A stretch of 64,000 nucleotides of DNA from Eledone cirrhosa (taxonomy: Eukaryota): assembly GCA_964016885.1 (NCBI GenBank), contig CAXHJY010001010.1, positions 21,831-85,830 of the forward strand. Direction: 5' to 3'. The notes under the pieces are model-generated. The model did no database searches. It was not told where the DNA came from and was given only the letters and a program-made list of their open reading frames with translations. Positions 57,941 through 64,000 of the stretch are shown here, piece after piece (within the stretch, counting starts at the first letter, position 1; the number at the start of each line of letters is the position of its first letter). A program made the position numbers and the translations under genes.

Positions 57941-59110
57941 CTAAAGTAAGCTGCTCTACTGGCATTCGTCGATCTGGAAAAAGCCTTCAACAGAGTCACC
58001 TGTTATAACATGGTGGGCTCTTAGAAAACTTGGAGTAGATGAATGGCTTGTGAAAGCTGTAAAAGCCATGTATAGGTGAGCAGTCAGAAAATTTAGGTTT
58101 AGCAATGACTATAGCGAGGAATTTAGCCTACAGGTCGGTGTCCACCATGGCTCTGTTCTTAGCCCTCTCCTGTTCATGATAGTTTTGCAGGCAATAATTG
58201 AGGAGTTTAAGACCGGATGCCCATAGGAACTCCTGTATGCAAATGATCTTGCACTTATAGCTGAATCTATGGTAGAACTAGAAAATAAATTCCAAACATG
58301 GAAGCAGGGACTAGAAAGAAAGGGTCTCAAAGTTAACCTGACAAAGACTAGGGTCCTCGTAAGTAGATGAGAAAACAGGACCCAGATTCCCTCTGGGAAG
58401 TGGCCTTCTTCAGTATGTAGGAAAGGTGTAGGTAGGAACTCGTCCTCTGCCCCAAATTCAAACAATGGGTACACAGGAGATGTAGTAGGATCTCAGGAAG
58501 CTTAACTAAGAACGTATGCTTCACATGTAGCAGCTGCACTGGGACAGCAAGCAGCAAACGGCCACAGGAAACATGCTCCACCAAACTCTGGGAGGGCTCT
58601 GTAGAAACAGTAGACAGCTTCTGCTACCTAGGTGACTGAATTAGCAGCGGAAGTTGTGTTCGGAAAGTACAATAACTTGGGTAAGAACGGGATGGAAGAA
58701 GTTCAGGGTGCTACTGCCACTGCTAGCTGCAAAAGGCTTTTCCCTCAAAATGAAAGGCAGACTGTATGATGCAATGTTACATGGTAGTGAGATCTGGGCG
58801 CTGTCTATAGAAGACTTGCGTAGATTGGAAAGAAACAAAGCATGCATGCTCCAATGGATGTGTAATAGTAATATACACAAACGGCAAAGCATAAACAAAT
58901 TGAGAGAGAGACTGAGCATAAGAGGAATATAATGCTGTGTGCAGGAGAGGAGGTTGCATTGGTATGGACATGTTATTCGTATGAAGGATGACAGCTGCAT
59001 GAAAAGGTGCAGAGTACTAGAAGTCGATGGAAGACGCGGAGTGGGGAGACCAAAGAAGACCTGGGATGAGGTGAAAAAAGCCGACCTTACCCAATTGTAC
59101 CTCTCACTGG
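57941..59110 (+). mobile_element. Second, more diverged RTE LINE 3' half
   Basis: AFVDLEKAF, GVHHGSVLSP, GWKKFR, RLHWYGHV, GRPKKTW, with many stops. Confidence 0.9.
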
Positions 59111-59481
59111 CATCACGCAGTAATACAGAAGAACCGACTTCCCACGTGTACAAGCCGAAGTTGAAGCATATAGACAATATGCACTACCCCCTCCCACTGC
59201 AGAGTGGTCTTGGAGGTGCCATGGCAAAAAAGCACCCAGCCACACTGTAAAGTGGATGTGTAGGCGCCACGGAAAAAAAGCACCCAGCTCTCACTGTAAA
59301 TGAGGTTGAGGTTGGTGTTAGGTAGGGCATCCAGCTGTAGGGAATCAAGCCAGAATCTGTTCCCATATGAGCAAGACAAGGTCAGCCGACCGGACACTGC
59401 CCACAACACGACAACCCATCTAACCCTTGCTAGTGTGGAAGAACGGACGTAAAACAGTGATGATGATGATGAGGATGATGA
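59110..59481 (+). mobile_element. RTE 3' UTR / SINE-like tail
   Basis: Homologous to 43370-43665; (gat)n end. Confidence 0.75.
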
Positions 59482-59493
59482 TATATATATATA

Positions 59494-59778
59494 TATATTA
59501 TTATTATAGATAACGAGGAATCAATAATGCATCAAACCACAATTTATTAACATATTACATGTTTCTCCGTTGATCAACTTGAGGCAAGATGTGTCACAGA
59601 TTGAACCTGACTCTGCATTTGAAGGTTCCTCAGACATATCTGAGGAACCTTCGAATGCAGAGTCAGGTTCAATCTGTAACAGATCTTGCCTCGAGCTGAT
59701 CAACGGAGAAACATATGTAATATGTTAATAAATTGTGGTTTGATACATCACTGATTCCTCGTTATCTATAATAATATA
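59494..59778. repeat. ~285-bp fold-back palindrome made of two divergent HHR-bearing arms
   Basis: Arms are reverse complements around ~59636 (cctcagacatatctgagg). Confidence 0.92.
59633..59726 (+). ncRNA. Type I hammerhead motif (mirror copy on minus strand 59549-59638)
   Basis: gacauau-CUGAGGA-[long stem II]-GAAA-cauaug-UA-auauguu; palindrome ACAUAUGU; stem II pairing is imperfect. Confidence 0.7.
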
Positions 59779-61189
59779 TCCGTAGGCAGTATGCTGGTGG
59801 AGCATCGAGTGCTCAACCAGCATACTGCCTACGGTTGCATTTACCTGCAACCCTACAACAACTATATATATATATATATATATAATCAACAGTTTTCCTA
59901 GAGATGGTGATGTGAATTGACCTGTATTTTCTCTAAAAATGTTTTTCATTTCTTCACTGCCCATCTCCTCAATCTTTCTATTTCTTCCTTAATGTATCAT
60001 TCTGTTTACTGGTGAAGGACTAGTGTTCAAAGCATTGAAATTATTTTCCTACAATATCAAGCATAAAACTAATAATTATATTTCTTCTTTGTTGTGTGTT
60101 GTTTGTTTTGTTATTTCTGTTTTCCCTTTGTGTGTTTCACACACACACATATATGTGTATATATATATATAGTAAAATTTTCATTGTGTGTGTCCGGGTT
60201 GTACTTAGATATTAATATTGTTCCATATCTCACCAGAAAAGTATTGGTAGTATTTATTTTTCCATAAACATATAAAAACTCTCCATTCTGTTGAGAATGA
60301 CTGTGAAAATGAGTGTAGAAGGGAGAGTATATGGTAAACAATTGAAAGAGAAAGTAAAGCAGAGAAAGGTTATATGTGCCTAAATATACTTTTTTTTTCA
60401 TAATATACCCGAGCATTGCTGGATACCTCTGCTCGTACTTATAGACATATATATATAAAATATAATCTTTAAATATTTACATACAATATATATATATATT
60501 TTATAAATATAGTTGATATAGGTGAAACCTTTCCATGGGTTTGATTAAAGACTGAGTTACTTTAAATGTAATCAGCTTAGCTTATTGCTTCCATGAAGAT
60601 TAAGAAAATCTGATGTATTTAAGAAAGACAACCTAGACAAAAAAGCAGAATCATTCAAAACTCAAAAAAATGTTTCTAGATATTAGAAATAAGTAGGTTT
60701 GTCCCTTATCATTTCAATGAAAATGCTATACTAAAAAAAAAGCTATAAATCAGTTTTTTTTATTCAGATACACATGTAATTATATCTTATGTGTGAATGT
60801 AATTATACTTATGCCTGTGTGTGCATACAAAATGGAGTTAAGTAGTTTTTACTTTGCTTACAGCATTCAATCTAGCTTCAGATATATTGCATATAAATGG
60901 CTTTGCTTTCCAGAATTGTTTTAATGTTTCTTCTTCTTACCTATTTAGTCACCTCTTATGATACACCATAGCTCAGTATGTTGTAATAAGTGGCTAAAAG
61001 TTCCCACAGTTAGTATGAAATCTATCTTCTTGTATTTATAAGTCCAACCCCACTGTTGTTTTTTCTGCAAAGTGTTTGTCCAAAGAACTGTTCATTGCAA
61101 TATCTACTACCCGAAGAGAAACGAAAAAAACTAAAAGGTAATTGATAGTCTTTAAGATATGGTCTTTGTTATCCAGAGCTAACACAATG

Positions 61190-62100
61190 TCCAAAATGAT
61201 AATGAAGCACTTGCCCTGATGGTAGCAAAAAGAAGTCCTAATATGAGACTCTACTAAATGAAGAATATAAATGGGACATTGAAGATTTAGCCTATATAGA
61301 GACCAGACATAAAATTTGACAGCAGGTAAGTTGTGAAAATACTTAAAGCATCCAGCATGGTGGGTTATAAGCTAGTCAGAGGCACAGTTAATCAATTAGT
61401 ACAGGGTCGTTTCACACCCAAGGACTGGTACAACAGTGTCATTGTAAACTGCTAAAAAAGCAAAAGAGACAGATTAGAATATGGAAAATATGGCGACAAC
61501 AAATTGATGAAAGTCATGACAGTTACAGAAAAGGTTCTAGCAAAGTTATTTTGTGACAGAATTAAGCTAAATGGGTAATACTAATGTATTTTTACTGGTT
61601 ACACAACTGCAGGAGAAGTGCTAGGCTAAGTGTAAGCCTCTGCTTCTAGCATTTGTGGATCTGGAAAAGATTTTTGACATAGTGTCTTGCTCTGTAATAT
61701 GGAGGATGCTGTGGAAGTTAGGTGTAGATAAATGGCTCACCAGGGCTGTGCAAGCCTTGCATAGTGATGCAACCAGCAAGTTGAGATTGGGAAATGAGTA
61801 CAGTGGTGAATATAAAGTGGAGGTGGGAGTCCACCAAGCTGAGTCGTCAGTCTATCTCTGTTTACCATTGTCCTTCAAGTCATTATGGAGGAATATGAAA
61901 CTGAGAATCCATTAGAAATCATATATGCTGATAACCTAGTACTTATAGTTAAATGCAAAATTCCAGGCATGAAAGAATATCCTTGGATGAAAGGCCTAAA
62001 ACTTAATTTAAAAGCTGTGGGTGTCTTTTATAACCTAGCAGATTTAATCATCAGTGGAGAAGGATACTCTGAAAGTGTAATAGCCAGGGTAGAACTGTGT
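61190..62100 (+). pseudogene. Highly degenerate RTE LINE RT fragment
   Basis: DLEKIFD..WKLGVDKWL..VGVHQ; IIYADNLVLI. Confidence 0.8.
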
Positions 62101-62293
62101 ATATCTAATGTAGTTCACAGGGAGATTTAACATGACACAGGGCATGACAAGATTGGCCCTTTGTATTTCAGTTACAAGTCATTTTTGCCAGTTGGGTGTA
62201 CTGGAGTAATGTTAAATAATGTGACTTGCTCAAGGCCAACATTTGGTGCTGAGAATTGATATAGAAACATAAATACATATATATATAATTGTA

Positions 62294-63365
62294 TGAGGTG
62301 CGTTCAAAAAGTATCTGACATTTGGGGATAAAAAAACAATATTGTACATTTTACAAATTTTATTTAATCACCTTCAAAATACTCCCCTTGGGCGTGCACA
62401 TATTTCTCCTAGTGTTTCTGCCACTGCTGGTAACACCTCCGAAATGCCTTCCCTAAAAGGCTATTGAGCTCTGCCATTGCTTTTCTCATAATTTTCTCTC
62501 ATGACACAAATCACTTCTCTTTCAGTGTGGTTTTCTGATTGGGCAGAGAGCCAGATGTTACACAGTGCCAAATCAGGAAAGGAGAGAACCTGTCAGACAA
62601 GTGGTGTGTTGTTCTTGACCAAGAAAGTTTGGATTATGCCGGAGGAAAGATTGGGTGCATTGTCATGGTCAATTTGCCAATACTTTGCCACCCACATGTC
62701 TAGCCACTTTTGATGCACAGCATCACGAAGGTGCTGTATAACCACAAGGTAATATTCTTAATTGATTTTTTTACCTACTCATGATGCACCATACCACAGA
62801 TGTCAAAAGAAACAGGTCACCATTCCCTTCACATTGTTGCAAATCTGACGTGCTTTTTTGGTGCCTTGCAGATGATGGATGCTTCCATAGGGAGGACTGG
62901 AACTTGGTTTCCGGGTCATAACCATAAACCCATATCTCATCACCTGTGACGATAGTCTTCATGAAGTCTGAGTTGCGGTTTGCACAGTCCAGCATGTTCT
63001 GAGCTATTTCCATGTGGAGTTGGTTCTGCTACTCTGCCAGTACAAGGGGAAGCTATTTCCATGTGGAGTTGGTTCTGCTACTCTGCCAGTACTTTGGGGA
63101 AGAATGTTGCTTTCACTCTCTGCATTCACAAATCCTCCATTAAAATTTTATGCACTGACCCTGTATTTATTCCCATTTTGTGAGCAATTTCCTGGATTTT
63201 TACAAGATATTCTTCTATTACCATTTGCCAAACATTCTCAATTGGCTCCTTGTTTCAGCTTGTGGATAGCCTACTTGAACATGCCTTGCTATCCACTGAG
63301 GTATAGCCATATTTGAAGTGGTTGTACTACTCCTTGATCTGAGTTTTATCCATAGCATCATCATA
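62294..63365 (-). mobile_element. Decayed mariner transposon
   Basis: IVTGDEIWVYGYDPETKFQSSLW; TA-tgaggtgcgttcaaaaagt TIR-like end; the other end is not evident. Confidence 0.85.
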
Positions 63366-64000
63366 TTATTCTACCCATAACTTTGTTGTTCAACAAAGAG
63401 AAAGAGAGATTAATAAAATATATATCAGCCTGAAATAAATAGTACTGTCAATTTGATTGGCTAAACCCTTAAACTCTTAAGGGAGTGGCGGGGAGCTTCC
63501 AGCATGGCCACAGTCGAATGAAAGAATAAAACCAGGTACATAATAACATCATTTTTCTCAGATGTTGAAAGTGAGGGCAGTATTCTGTTATTCTCAGTTC
63601 ATATCTTTTTGCTTAGTACTGGATTAAATTGAATGGTAGACTTAACCATTTCCTTACCATATTTCACTGATTTTAAAATAATTTTTAATATAATCAAGAA
63701 TTTGGAGGCATTTACTATATCAAATAACTTTCCTTTTATCAAGTTAATATTTGAAATATAACAAAATATATTCTTACATAATAATGGTGGAAGCATATTA
63801 AATAAATATATGAACTTAAAAATAAACAACCTTTTTGTAAAAAAAAAGTTAATCTGTCACACAGTTTACAACCATCACCTGACTTATGGGTGTCATCAGT
63901 AGACTCTAATTCATTACAAGTGTCCAGACCAGGCCTCCGATTTGAAGATACATCTCTCTGTTCTCCCAAGTTTCACAGATACTTGAAAATGGTCAAGAAC

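Noticed and set aside
57294-57965. 223-aa antisense ORF
   Set aside because: Antisense shadow of the RTE coding strand plus microsatellite.
63002-63092. ~42-bp tandem duplication
   Set aside because: Local duplication within a dead mariner; a similar trivial duplication is at 40898-41063.
63739-63969. Possible exon at the window edge
   Set aside because: No recognisable homology and the context is truncated.

Overview
AT-rich, microsatellite-laden eukaryotic DNA with no confidently identifiable host gene. The repeat repertoire (RTE LINEs with (ATG)n tails, tRNA-derived SINEs sharing RTE ends, Penelope-like elements, mariner relics, long (TA)n/(CA)n tracts) resembles a mollusc, probably an octopod cephalopod; this is inference. 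Most ORFs in the supplied track are microsatellite noise. The recognisable coding sequence is all transposon-derived and decayed or 5'-truncated: five Penelope-like (GIY-YIG) copies, several RTE LINEs, one CR1-like LINE and two mariner relics. The main signal not shown by the ORF track is non-coding. By eye I find about 24 type I hammerhead ribozyme (HHR) motifs in about 12 sequence families, most with a palindromic helix III. Some sit in Penelope pseudo-LTRs; others are in ORF-less, terminally redundant or tandem units inserted in (TA)n tracts (retrozyme-like). Two of these units (~430-440 bp family A, 466 bp family B) are collinear homologues. They share an ATGCAAAT octamer, an ACTAGT helix III and the same junction to (AT)n. 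All folds were assigned by manual base-pairing, not computed.
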